In this document: piece by piece, positions 25,211-33,516 of the stretch
How the letters are laid out: each line of letters opens with the position of its first letter
Position numbering within the stretch: the first letter of the stretch is position 1
IMG/VR virus record: IMGVR_UViG_3300037851_000010
Coordinates: 1-36,299 of that record
Source of the DNA: a virus
Lineage: Duplodnaviria > Caudoviricetes
Direction: 5' to 3' (one strand)
Length of the DNA: 36,299 bases
Program-made: the position numbers and the translations under genes
The notes under the pieces: model-generated
Databases searched by the model: none
What the model saw: the letters and a program-made list of their open reading frames with translations, nothing else
What the model was told of the DNA's origin: nothing

Positions 25211-25400
25211 AAAACGCTATACATTCACTAGAACAGTTACTATCAGATATACATTCGAGGTTGATGCCTATGATCGGGAAAAGGCGACAGAGGAGTTCGC
25301 TGATATGAGAAACAGCGATGCGGTGGGTAAGCAAGTAATAGATAATGAATCTAATTTCGTAGGAGCGGAGTTAATTCACGATGAAGAAGATGAATTATAA
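25197..25400 (+). CDS. Hypothetical protein
   Basis: 67-aa overlapping ORF. Confidence 0.6.
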   Translation: MEKNKKRYTFTRTVTIRYTFEVDAYDREKATEEFADMRNSDAVGKQVIDNESNFVGAELIHDEEDEL

Positions 25401-26208
25401 ATTCGACAGTAAAATCCACTTACATCTTTTAGACGGCAAGCCATTAACTGGGACTTCAAGTATCGGAGATGTATTAGCAAAGCCTCTTACTTGGTGGGCC
25501 TCTGGATTAGCTTGTAAGGAGTTAGGTTGGTTGAACCCTAAACTCTCGAGTAAAGAAGATAGACTCTCAAATGCGAAAGCTATGTTAGCAACGTTTCCGA
25601 CAATGACTGCCGAAAGCTACTTAGACTTACTCGATAGGGCTTATAAGGCTCACTCAGTTAAGTTAAAAGATTCAGCCAAGTCTGGAACCGACTTACACGC
25701 TGAACTGGAAAGATATGTAAAATATGTCATGCGAACTTCAAAAGAAGATTATGAGCCTTTATTTGATGGGATGAAGTTCGATTCTAAGATAAAGCTATTC
25801 ATTGAGTGGGCCGAAAATAATGTCAAACATTTCATAGCTTCAGAAGCACACTGTTTTGACGAGGAATTATGGGTCGGAGGAATAGTTGATTGCGTAGCTG
25901 AGTTAAATGACGGGAAGATTGCGGTAATAGATTTTAAGAGTGCTAAAGAAGCATATCCGACTCACTTCTTACAAACCGCCGGATATACAATTCAGATTGA
26001 GAAGAACGGACTCTTTTCAGAGGACGGAGAACATTCTAAAACTCTTAATAAGCCAATCGAGGTTTTAATAGTAGTTCCTTTCGGAGCTGAGAAAGTCGAA
26101 CCTCAAATCCGATTGGACGTAGAATCATATAAATCAGGCTTCAGGAGTGCTGTAAATCTTTATAGGCTACTGGGCTTAGAAAAACAAAATGCAAGTTCAA
26201 ATAACTAA
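25381..26208 (+). CDS. PD-(D/E)xK (Cas4/RecB-like) exonuclease
   Basis: GTDLH, GIVDCV, IDFKS, QTAGY. Confidence 0.85.
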   Translation: MKKMNYKFDSKIHLHLLDGKPLTGTSSIGDVLAKPLTWWASGLACKELGWLNPKLSSKEDRLSNAKAMLATFPTMTAESYLDLLDRAYKAHSVKLKDSAKSGTDLHAELERYVKYVMRTSKEDYEPLFDGMKFDSKIKLFIEWAENNVKHFIASEAHCFDEELWVGGIVDCVAELNDGKIAVIDFKSAKEAYPTHFLQTAGYTIQIEKNGLFSEDGEHSKTLNKPIEVLIVVPFGAEKVEPQIRLDVESYKSGFRSAVNLYRLLGLEKQNASSNN

Positions 26209-26548
26209 GATAGTCAGGAAGACGGTAGACAAAGACAATAAGCCCCTCGTAACAAGAGACGGCAGACCTTATACAAGGGTCGCAATACAGACCAAAGAAC
26301 ACGGGGCAAAGTATCTATCAGGCTTTGAGAATTTCACCAACAAGAATTGGAAGGAAGGAGACCTTGTAGAGATTGAAGTCGAAGAAAAGGGCGAATACCT
26401 CAACTTCAAGAATCTTTCTCAAACAGACAAGCTCTGGAACGCCTACAATGACCTTTTAAAGAGAGTCGTGAAGATGGAACAAGTTTTGACTAAGGGTTCA
26501 GTTCCTGTCGATGAAATTGTAGAAGATAATGACGAATTACCATTTTAA
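26189..26548 (+). CDS. Single-stranded DNA-binding protein (putative)
   Basis: OB-fold-like body and acidic DNDELPF tail. Confidence 0.7.
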   Translation: MQVQITKIVRKTVDKDNKPLVTRDGRPYTRVAIQTKEHGAKYLSGFENFTNKNWKEGDLVEIEVEEKGEYLNFKNLSQTDKLWNAYNDLLKRVVKMEQVLTKGSVPVDEIVEDNDELPF

Positions 26549-26895
26549 TGGATAAAGATTTATACATCCAAATTACTAACAAGACACGGGCGTTGATTGC
26601 GGAGTCACCCTCCGCACCGCCCGGAAGGTTAAGTGAGATACTGGTCGAACTCACTTCTCTCTCTGCTACACTTTCGGAAGCATTAGATGATATACTTGTA
26701 TTTAAACCCGAAAGACTTATAGATTTGAAACAGGAACTAAAAACCGTAAAAGAAGCTGAATGGGCGTGGAAGAACGAACAGCTCGGTAAACAAGAGGTCT
26801 ATCTAAGAGGATGGCTTTTAAGAATCAAGGAAAACAAATCAGCCATTAAATCCCGTCTGCAGATCTTACATGATGAGGCATACGGCCAGTACTAA
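26548..26895 (+). CDS. Hypothetical helical protein
   Basis: TAATG-coupled 115 aa. Confidence 0.65.
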   Translation: MDKDLYIQITNKTRALIAESPSAPPGRLSEILVELTSLSATLSEALDDILVFKPERLIDLKQELKTVKEAEWAWKNEQLGKQEVYLRGWLLRIKENKSAIKSRLQILHDEAYGQY

Positions 26896-27074
26896 TGAAA
26901 TCTAAAGAATACGAAAATCAAACCTACTTCTTTGAGACTAAGAAAGAGGCCGATGAGTTTACTGAACGAAGAAACAAGATTTATACTAATAAGCGAAGGT
27001 GGATAGTTTTAGAAAATAGAGTTAAATTAGGACTTAATTATGAGGTGATTCACATCTCGCAACTAATACTATGA
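26895..27074 (+). CDS. 59-aa hypothetical protein
   Basis: TAATG and ATGA overlaps on both sides. Confidence 0.6.
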   Translation: MKSKEYENQTYFFETKKEADEFTERRNKIYTNKRRWIVLENRVKLGLNYEVIHISQLIL

Positions 27075-27361
27075 TAAAAATACGTGAGCCATTCTACTCA
27101 GCCGGAAAGAAGTACCAGTGGCCCTATAAACCCATAGGACTCGGAATCAATCATAAACACTTCTCCGAACCTGAATTAAGAGTCCAAGTAGGAGATGATC
27201 CGTCAGTCTATGTCCTAGAAACCTCTAAAGCTATCGAAGTCATCAAGACCTATAATTCAATCCACTATACAGGGAGTACGAAGCTTGGAGTTGTGCCATT
27301 CGAACTATTCAGAAAAGTTATAAACAGCTCCCCTTTGCAAGAGACCTTAAAAATGCTATAA
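27071..27361 (+). CDS. Hypothetical protein
   Basis: 96-aa coupled ORF. Confidence 0.65.
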   Translation: MIKIREPFYSAGKKYQWPYKPIGLGINHKHFSEPELRVQVGDDPSVYVLETSKAIEVIKTYNSIHYTGSTKLGVVPFELFRKVINSSPLQETLKML

Positions 27362-27362
27362 T
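27317..27362 (+). promoter_or_regulatory. Replication-operon promoter with DnaA-box-like site
   Basis: GTTATAAACAGC; TTGCAA-16-TG-C-TATAAT. Confidence 0.65.
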
Positions 27363-27394
27363 TAAGTATGTTCAAAATCGTAATGACAATTAGT

Positions 27395-27486
27395 GTTTGT
27401 CAGCAGCAGGGAGTAGTATCTTCACCGCAAGGTGAGTGGCTAATTACGAGCCATGAACAGGATACTGCTCCCTTTTGCTTGTAAAC
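27395..27486 (+). ncRNA. Three-way-junction structured leader upstream of replication initiator
   Basis: 13-bp closing stem enclosing a GCAA-tetraloop hairpin and a 6-bp hairpin. Confidence 0.6.
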
Positions 27487-27510
27487 TTATGAGATTATTA
27501 AAAAGACCTT

Positions 27511-28221
27511 ATGTCAAAAAAACGCTATATAGATACTAAATTTTGGAGTGATAACTACGTCACCAACCTTGACCCATTAGAACGGTATCTGTTTCTTTAT
27601 CTAATTTCTAATGAGCATACCAGTTTGTGTGGTGTATACGAGATTCCTTTGCGTATAATGACATTTGAATCTGGCCTTGATGGACAGGCCTTATCGAATA
27701 TACTTACACGCTTTGAAAAGGATGATAAAGTAGTATACCGTGATGGGTGGATTCTTATAAAGAATTTCATAAAGAACCAAGTATTAAATCCTTCTGTGAT
27801 AGAGGGTATTTATAGGGAAATAGAGGATATTCCCCCTGCCTTAAAGGGTCTTATTAATACAGACTGTATACAGACTGGTAGCACACTGGGTACAGATAAG
27901 TTAGGTAAGGTTAAGTATAGTAAGGTTAAGTTAAATAAAGAATATAATGAAAAATTTGAAAAATTCTGGACTGAATATCCCAATAAGGTGGCTAAGAAGA
28001 AAGCACTTGATTCCTTTAGTAGGATTGACCCGAAACTGTTTGACGCTATAATGGCCGGGCTTGCTAAATGGAAGTTATCGGCTCAGTGGCAAAAAGACGG
28101 TGGTCAATTTATACCTCACCCGACTACTTGGCTCAATCAGGAGAGGTGGAATGACGAAGTTAAAATTAATAAATCTAACCTCTTACGAGGAGATTCAACA
28201 AAATATGACAAATACAATTAG
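27511..28221 (+). CDS. Phage replication initiator (replisome organiser)
   Basis: RYIDTKFWSD N-terminal wHTH-like region; FWTEYPNKVAK and PHPTTWLNQERW C-terminal domain; followed by DnaC. Confidence 0.8.
   Translation: MSKKRYIDTKFWSDNYVTNLDPLERYLFLYLISNEHTSLCGVYEIPLRIMTFESGLDGQALSNILTRFEKDDKVVYRDGWILIKNFIKNQVLNPSVIEGIYREIEDIPPALKGLINTDCIQTGSTLGTDKLGKVKYSKVKLNKEYNEKFEKFWTEYPNKVAKKKALDSFSRIDPKLFDAIMAGLAKWKLSAQWQKDGGQFIPHPTTWLNQERWNDEVKINKSNLLRGDSTKYDKYN
27857..27940 (+). repeat. Iteron-like and 5-nt periodic repeats (putative origin within rep)
   Basis: ATACAGACTG x2 plus degenerate copies; TAAGG/TTAAG periodic tract. Confidence 0.5.
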
Positions 28222-28783
28222 TTTTGAAGAAGGTTTCAAAGACTGGTTTTATAAAAATATACCTAAAAGATTTTCAAGTATAAATAATAAAGATATACCA
28301 GATAGTATAAATTTAGATATTCTTGATAATAATAAGGGTCTGTATATATGGGGAGACTGTGGAGTTGGAAAAACTCACGTCGCTTATGCAATATTTGCTA
28401 AACTATCTTATAAGTATTTTAAAGATAATGGTGGCTCTAGTAATTATTGGACTTCTACTATTGGGTTCTGGCATTGGCAGGAAATACTAAGACTATTAAG
28501 ACCGTCGTCTGATCCTAAAAAAGAATCTTGGACAGTAAAAGAAGATTTTAACCCTAAGATATTGATTATAGATGACCTAGGCTCAGAGAAAGCAACAGAC
28601 TGGTCTATAGAACAGATGTATTATTTAATAAATCTTAGATACGAGAATATGAAGCCATTAGTAATTACTAGCAATTTTTCGTTAAAAGAATTAGGAGAAA
28701 AAGTTGGCGACCGGATACCAAGTAGAATCGCTGAAATGTGTGAGGTTATAAAATTAAAAGGTAAAGACCGTAGAATAAAATGA
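28205..28783 (+). CDS. DnaC/IstB-like AAA+ helicase loader
   Basis: GDCGVGKT Walker A, IIDDLG Walker B, ITSN, RIPSRI, GKDRR. Confidence 0.9.
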   Translation: MTNTISFEEGFKDWFYKNIPKRFSSINNKDIPDSINLDILDNNKGLYIWGDCGVGKTHVAYAIFAKLSYKYFKDNGGSSNYWTSTIGFWHWQEILRLLRPSSDPKKESWTVKEDFNPKILIIDDLGSEKATDWSIEQMYYLINLRYENMKPLVITSNFSLKELGEKVGDRIPSRIAEMCEVIKLKGKDRRIK

Positions 28784-28950
28784 AATATCCAAAACCAATT
28801 AGTCTAAAGGGTCTCTGTAACTGGACTCACCCTAAGACTGAGTGTGCCTATTGTGGTCGATGGTATAGATCAACATCTAAATTCTGTCCGAGATGTAAAA
28901 AACCTAATGAAGATAGAGAATTTAGACACCCATTTCAATATCCGATATGA
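28780..28950 (+). CDS. 56-aa zinc-ribbon protein
   Basis: CAYC and CPRC; ATGA overlaps both sides. Confidence 0.65.
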   Translation: MKYPKPISLKGLCNWTHPKTECAYCGRWYRSTSKFCPRCKKPNEDREFRHPFQYPI

Positions 28951-29339
28951 AGCGTAAAAAAACAAAATCAATAAGTAAGTTAAAGAAGGAAGCTTGGGCC
29001 ATTTTCTCTGGGTGGATTAGAAACCGAGATAATTATACTTGCTATACCTGCGGAACTAAATATCTACCCGATGAAGGTTATAAAATGCACGCTGGACACT
29101 TTGTGCCGAGAATACACAACGCAACCTTTTTAGACGAGATGAATGTCCACGCTCAATGTTATGTCTGTAATATAATCAAGAAAGGAAACGCTGGCGAATA
29201 TGCTTATAGATTGATCAAAGAATACGGAAAAGAAGCTTTCGAAAATTTAGTAAAACGTGGCCGGACAAAGAAAAGTTTTCAACCTAAGGAGCTAGAAGAA
29301 TTAAAACAAAAATATGCTCTCACCCCACCAAATAATTAA
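28947..29339 (+). CDS. ninG: NinG/Rap-like recombination endonuclease
   Basis: FSGWIRNRD, CYTCG, HAGHF, NVHAQCYVCN, GN. Confidence 0.85.
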   Translation: MKRKKTKSISKLKKEAWAIFSGWIRNRDNYTCYTCGTKYLPDEGYKMHAGHFVPRIHNATFLDEMNVHAQCYVCNIIKKGNAGEYAYRLIKEYGKEAFENLVKRGRTKKSFQPKELEELKQKYALTPPNN

Positions 29340-29598
29340 CCTCGCTGAATCCTTCATCAACGAAGAACTAAGCGAGAAAGGCACGGAGGGAAGGATAATT
29401 ATGAAGCCCACTATCTACGCCCACGAACACGCCTACGGAGTTAAACTATTCTCCCAATGGCTCTTAAAGAATAACTACGACGTAATCAAGACCAAAGAGA
29501 TAGAACCCCTCCCCTTAATGGAAAGAATCAACCCCAATGTAAGAGTAGAGGTCTTGTGGAATAAGGTTAATGAGTTAATAAATAAAATAAAATTGTAA
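29314..29598 (+). CDS. Hypothetical protein
   Basis: 94-aa ORF. Confidence 0.6.
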   Translation: MLSPHQIINLAESFINEELSEKGTEGRIIMKPTIYAHEHAYGVKLFSQWLLKNNYDVIKTKEIEPLPLMERINPNVRVEVLWNKVNELINKIKL

Positions 29599-29683
29599 GG
29601 AGAATAATCTAAATACCCTCTGCCTTAGGTATAACATAAAGATTAATAGGAAAAGAGAGTATTGGATAAATTACTTTATCAAA

Positions 29684-30223
29684 ATGAATAAAAAATATCG
29701 GCTTACAAAAAATAAAAAGAAATGGTGCGGAATAACTCTCTACCAGATAGAGGCAACCGCTTCATTCGGTCTAGTAGTGAAAGGAGAACTCGGAGGATAT
29801 ATTGAGAAGGAAGCAAACCTATCGCAAGGGGGCAATGCGTGGGTGTATGACAATGCGAGGGTGTATGGCGATGCGAGGGTGTCTGGCGATGCGAGGGTGT
29901 ATGGCGATGCGAGGGTGTCTGGCAATGCGTGGGTGTCTGGCGATGCGTGGGTGTATGGCGATGCGAGGGTGTCTGGCGATGCGTGGGTGTCTGGCAATGC
30001 GAGGGTGTCTGGCAAACTAAAACTTCTAGCAGGTTTCTTTTTCGGAATCCGCTATCACAAAGAAGAAATAAAGTTTACAAAGATAGATAATGATTATGAA
30101 CTGATTTACAAAGGATATGCTAAGTTCGGAGAAGAAGATGAAAAGAAAACTGAACTATTAAAGAAAGCTGACGAGTTGATTGTAAAAGCCGAGGAATTAA
30201 AATCAGAAGCGAATAAACTATAG
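29684..30223 (+). CDS. Hexapeptide-repeat (left-handed beta-helix) phage protein
   Basis: LYQIEA..GELGGYIE N-terminus; about 10 x [DN]A[RW]V[YS]G. Confidence 0.85.
   Translation: MNKKYRLTKNKKKWCGITLYQIEATASFGLVVKGELGGYIEKEANLSQGGNAWVYDNARVYGDARVSGDARVYGDARVSGNAWVSGDAWVYGDARVSGDAWVSGNARVSGKLKLLAGFFFGIRYHKEEIKFTKIDNDYELIYKGYAKFGEEDEKKTELLKKADELIVKAEELKSEANKL
29830..30014 (+). repeat. 18-nt coding tandem repeat
   Basis: GGC(G/A)ATGCG(A/T)GGGTGT(A/C)T units. Confidence 0.9.
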
Positions 30224-30253
30224 CCCCATGCAACTAACAAACTAAGAAATAAT

Positions 30254-30361
30254 ATGAAAACTAACTGTTGTAAAAAATGTTTTGAGAATGAACCAAGATA
30301 TCCAATGTGTCTTGACCCCCAATGTCCCTGTCATCAGCCAGTAAAGGAAGCAAAAAAATAA
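30254..30361 (+). CDS. 35-aa Cys-rich microprotein
   Basis: MKTNCCKKC...CLDPQCPCHQPVKEAKK. Confidence 0.5.
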   Translation: MKTNCCKKCFENEPRYPMCLDPQCPCHQPVKEAKK

Positions 30362-30373
30362 TAATAACCTAAT

Positions 30374-30625
30374 ATGAAAAATATATTTATATTTTGGATA
30401 ATGTGGCAACTAATAGTGATTGGCTGGACTGTCGCAGATATGCACAATAAGATAGTGAGCGGAACTTATAACTGCACAAGGCATTGGAACTTAGGCCACC
30501 ATGTAATAATTCCTCGTTGGAAACTTGCCGTAATGCCATTAGCTTTATTTATACCTGGTGAGAATATTAGTGAATCTGATAAATACTGCCAAGACCAACT
30601 ACAAGAGCATCATAAAGTTAAATAA
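30374..30625 (+). CDS. Small membrane protein
   Basis: Hydrophobic N-terminus. Confidence 0.6.
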   Translation: MKNIFIFWIMWQLIVIGWTVADMHNKIVSGTYNCTRHWNLGHHVIIPRWKLAVMPLALFIPGENISESDKYCQDQLQEHHKVK

Positions 30626-30630
30626 CCTAT

Positions 30631-31062
30631 ATGACTAACAATAACCAGTGTGAATGTGACAGAGATTATCCTCACGAACATCTAAAAGATGGTGGAGTTG
30701 ATATTAGCCAGTCAGAGCTAGGACAAAAATTAAGAGGTGTGTTAGACCACCCAGTAAAGGAAGCCGATTGGATTGAGAGATTCAACGAGGAGTTTACTGC
30801 CACAGACCTGACTAAAAATCCAGAGCTATACCTAAAGGTGCAAGACTTTATCCGCAACCTCTTAAAATCAGACCGCCAGCGTATAGCCGAGGAGGTGGGG
30901 AAGATGAAGAAAGAAACTACTCATCGATGGTGTGATGCTTATAATAATCACAATCAGCTCATAGATAAAGCTGGGTATTGCCGAGATGAGGTAGATTCTG
31001 ATAACAGGATAGAGGGTTACAACCAAGCCCTTAAAGACATAGAAGAAATCATAACCCCCTAA
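30631..31062 (+). CDS. Hypothetical protein
   Basis: WIERF and C-terminal GYNQAL motifs typical of small phage accessory ORFs. Confidence 0.65.
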   Translation: MTNNNQCECDRDYPHEHLKDGGVDISQSELGQKLRGVLDHPVKEADWIERFNEEFTATDLTKNPELYLKVQDFIRNLLKSDRQRIAEEVGKMKKETTHRWCDAYNNHNQLIDKAGYCRDEVDSDNRIEGYNQALKDIEEIITP

Positions 31063-31071
31063 GTAAAAGAG

Positions 31072-31383
31072 ATGATAGAGAATCCAACAAAAGAACAAAT
31101 AGAAGAATACCTAGCTAAAATAAAGTGGTCATTAAGACACCATGGTTGCGAACACTATTACTTCTACAATCATAAAAATAAATGTGTAGGAATGTATCTT
31201 TTATTTCCAAAAACTGATGCCAGAATATGCTTAGATGGCAAGGACTGGAAAACCCCTTCATTCACATTTTACTTAAAAGAAGTAGTTATGGAATTATTAG
31301 AAAATAGAAAACCCGATTGTGTCAGTTTCAGAGGAAAAAACGACAAAAGCATATTTATTCTTTGCCCTAATTATGATAACTAA
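31072..31383 (+). CDS. Hypothetical protein
   Basis: 103-aa ORF flanked by 13-bp direct repeats. Confidence 0.6.
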   Translation: MIENPTKEQIEEYLAKIKWSLRHHGCEHYYFYNHKNKCVGMYLLFPKTDARICLDGKDWKTPSFTFYLKEVVMELLENRKPDCVSFRGKNDKSIFILCPNYDN

Positions 31384-31395
31384 CCCCTAAGTAAA

Positions 31396-31809
31396 ATGAA
31401 AATAAACGAAGGTAGTAGCGAGATAACAACGACAGCATCAAGTTATATAAGGATTGAGGAGCTGAGAGAGCTTTTAATCAGGTTTGACGGAATTGAAGGA
31501 ACATATCCAGAGCATAGTTACGAAGGACAAGCAGTTTGGAGTTTTATTAATAGGGAATTAAATCTTAACCAACCAAGCAGGGATAGGAATGACGAAATTA
31601 GAGAAATAGAGGCTAAATGTTCGCATAGTTTTCCAGAAGATAAAGGTTTTGGTCAATGGATACGCTGTATAAAGTGCGGACAAATGAGGGATAGCGAGAT
31701 ATATAAACGTGAGAGACTTAAACAAGACAAAAGGAAGTCCCAAGAGATATTAGAGCAAATAGATAAACAATATGAAAAACATACAGGAGAAGAAGATAAA
31801 ATCATATAA
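31396..31809 (+). CDS. Hypothetical protein with Zn-binding motif
   Basis: CSHSF...CIKCG. Confidence 0.6.
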   Translation: MKINEGSSEITTTASSYIRIEELRELLIRFDGIEGTYPEHSYEGQAVWSFINRELNLNQPSRDRNDEIREIEAKCSHSFPEDKGFGQWIRCIKCGQMRDSEIYKRERLKQDKRKSQEILEQIDKQYEKHTGEEDKII

Positions 31810-31893
31810 GATTATCTTAGATTCATAGATGAAGAAAGACCACAGGAGAGTGGTGGTGGTGTATTTACAATGCGAGGACTGTCTGAAACCTTT

Positions 31894-31919
31894 GCCGGAG
31901 TGATCCCCGGCTTTTATTT
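31894..31919 (+). terminator. Possible intrinsic terminator ending early region
   Basis: GCCGG/CCGGC stem followed by TTTTATTT. Confidence 0.5.
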
Positions 31920-31931
31920 AAGAGTAAAAAA

Positions 31932-31940
31932 TGTTATAAT
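31932..31940 (+). promoter_or_regulatory. Extended -10 promoter TGTTATAAT, probably leaderless (ATG 31948)
   Basis: TGnTATAAT + 7 nt + ATG. Confidence 0.65.
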
Positions 31941-31947
31941 AGGTTAT

Positions 31948-32304
31948 ATGGCTGACACTCAAACAGCAGGTGGGGGCAGGGACGAGCAGGGAAGATGGAT
32001 TCCTGGTGTAAGTGGCAACCCAGAAGGTACTAAACCTTGGCCCGAAGAAAAAAAGCTAATGAAACGAGCCATAAAGGAAATAGTTGAAGAATACAAAGAT
32101 AACCTCGCCAATGCTTTACCCAAGATAGAGCCAGTAATCATAGAAAAGGCTATTAAGGGCGATATGGTAGCTATAAAAGAAATACACGAAAGGGTAATAG
32201 GTAAATCATCAGATGATAAACCTATAGATGTCGTGCATAAAGTTCTGGTTGAATTTGTAAATGGAAAACCCGATAATAAAAATACAGATACCGGAGGAAT
32301 TTAA
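31948..32304 (+). CDS. Terminase small subunit-like protein (DUF5681-like)
   Basis: PGVSGNPEG, KAIKGDMVAIKEIHERVIGK; immediately upstream of TerL. Confidence 0.7.
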   Translation: MADTQTAGGGRDEQGRWIPGVSGNPEGTKPWPEEKKLMKRAIKEIVEEYKDNLANALPKIEPVIIEKAIKGDMVAIKEIHERVIGKSSDDKPIDVVHKVLVEFVNGKPDNKNTDTGGI

Positions 32305-33499
32305 ACGGCTATTTGATCCTGACTGGCGTGAAGCGGCTATCTGGGGTGGTAGATATTCTTTAAAGTCTCACACGGTAGCACGAGTTTTGCTTATAAGAGC
32401 AAGGGAAAAGAAAATGAGAATAGGGTGCTTTAGAGAATTTCAGAATTCAATAGCAGAAAGCTCGCACCAATTACTATCGGACTTAATTAAGCAGTATCGT
32501 TTAACAGACTTTAACGTAACGGACAAATCAATCGTAAACAGGATAAACGGATCGGACTTTCTTTTTAAGGGCTTATGGAATAATGAGCAGTCTATTAAAT
32601 CAATCGAAGGTATAGACATCGCTTGGGTAGAAGAAGCTCAGACAATCTCAAAAGAGAGTTTAGAGGTTCTGACGCCGACAGTCCGTAAGGACGGCTCACA
32701 GATAATCTACACCTATAACAGATTCACCGAAGATGATCCTATCCATATGAGATTAGTTGTTGATGGCAGACCTAATACTTTAAAAATTAATGTTAATTAC
32801 GATGTTGCTCTTAAATACGGCTGGCTTCCTAAAGTAATCCTAGACGAGATAGAGGATGACAAGGTGAATCGTCCCATACTCTATAAGCATAAATGGCTAG
32901 GTGAACCAACAACAGCAGAACGTAAAATCTATAAAGATTGGAACATTATCGAAGAAATCCCACACGAAGCCAGATTAGAGAGATATGGAGTAGATTTTGG
33001 ATATACCAACGATCCGACAACTATCATAGCCCTCTACTACTACAACGGAGGATACATTCTTGATGAGATAACCTTTCAGCGAGGTCTCAAGAACAACCAA
33101 ATAGCCGATATTCTAAAGAACATCCCGGAAGCAATCGTAGTAGCCGACTCAGCCGAACCCAAGAGCATAGACGAAATCCGTGAGCATGGAATCAACATCA
33201 TTCCAACTATGAAAGGTAGGGACTCGGTCCTAAACGGTATCAATAAAGTCCAGCAACAGAGAATTTCAATCACTAAAAGGTCTGTAAATATCATAAAAGA
33301 GTATCGCAACTATTTGTTTAAAACTGATAAAAATGGTAAGATTAGTAATGAACCCGATGAAGGATTTGATCACACGATGGATGCTATAAGATATGCAATA
33401 ACATCAATGGGTCCGCTAATAGGACTCGATGAGCAAGTCCGTGAAGCCAGAGAAAGGGCTAGAGCTAGGCGGATAATTTTAAAAAACAATGCTCGATAG
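32261..33499 (+). CDS. terL: Terminase large subunit, PBSX family
   Basis: GGRYSLKS Walker A, WVEEA Walker B, GVDFG, ADSAEP, DHTMDAIRY. Confidence 0.95.
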   Translation: MENPIIKIQIPEEFKRLFDPDWREAAIWGGRYSLKSHTVARVLLIRAREKKMRIGCFREFQNSIAESSHQLLSDLIKQYRLTDFNVTDKSIVNRINGSDFLFKGLWNNEQSIKSIEGIDIAWVEEAQTISKESLEVLTPTVRKDGSQIIYTYNRFTEDDPIHMRLVVDGRPNTLKINVNYDVALKYGWLPKVILDEIEDDKVNRPILYKHKWLGEPTTAERKIYKDWNIIEEIPHEARLERYGVDFGYTNDPTTIIALYYYNGGYILDEITFQRGLKNNQIADILKNIPEAIVVADSAEPKSIDEIREHGINIIPTMKGRDSVLNGINKVQQQRISITKRSVNIIKEYRNYLFKTDKNGKISNEPDEGFDHTMDAIRYAITSMGPLIGLDEQVREARERARARRIILKNNAR

Positions 33500-33516
33500 C
33501 GGTATCGAGTAAGTAA

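Noticed and set aside
25381-26208. Cas4-like nuclease as part of a CRISPR system
   Set aside because: No cas1/cas2 or array; context with SSB indicates recombination
29607-29667. Hairpin leader before the hexapeptide gene
   Set aside because: Pairing is short, interrupted and AT-rich
29740-30020. Overlapping ORFs 29740..30015(-) and 29802..30020(+), or a CRISPR-like array
   Set aside because: Shadow frames of the stop-free 18-nt hexapeptide repeat
31772-31947. Stop read-through or frameshift joining ORF 31396 to TerS (same frame, open after TAA 31809)
   Set aside because: Region contains a terminator-like hairpin and a leaderless promoter for ATG 31948; the open frame is plausibly chance
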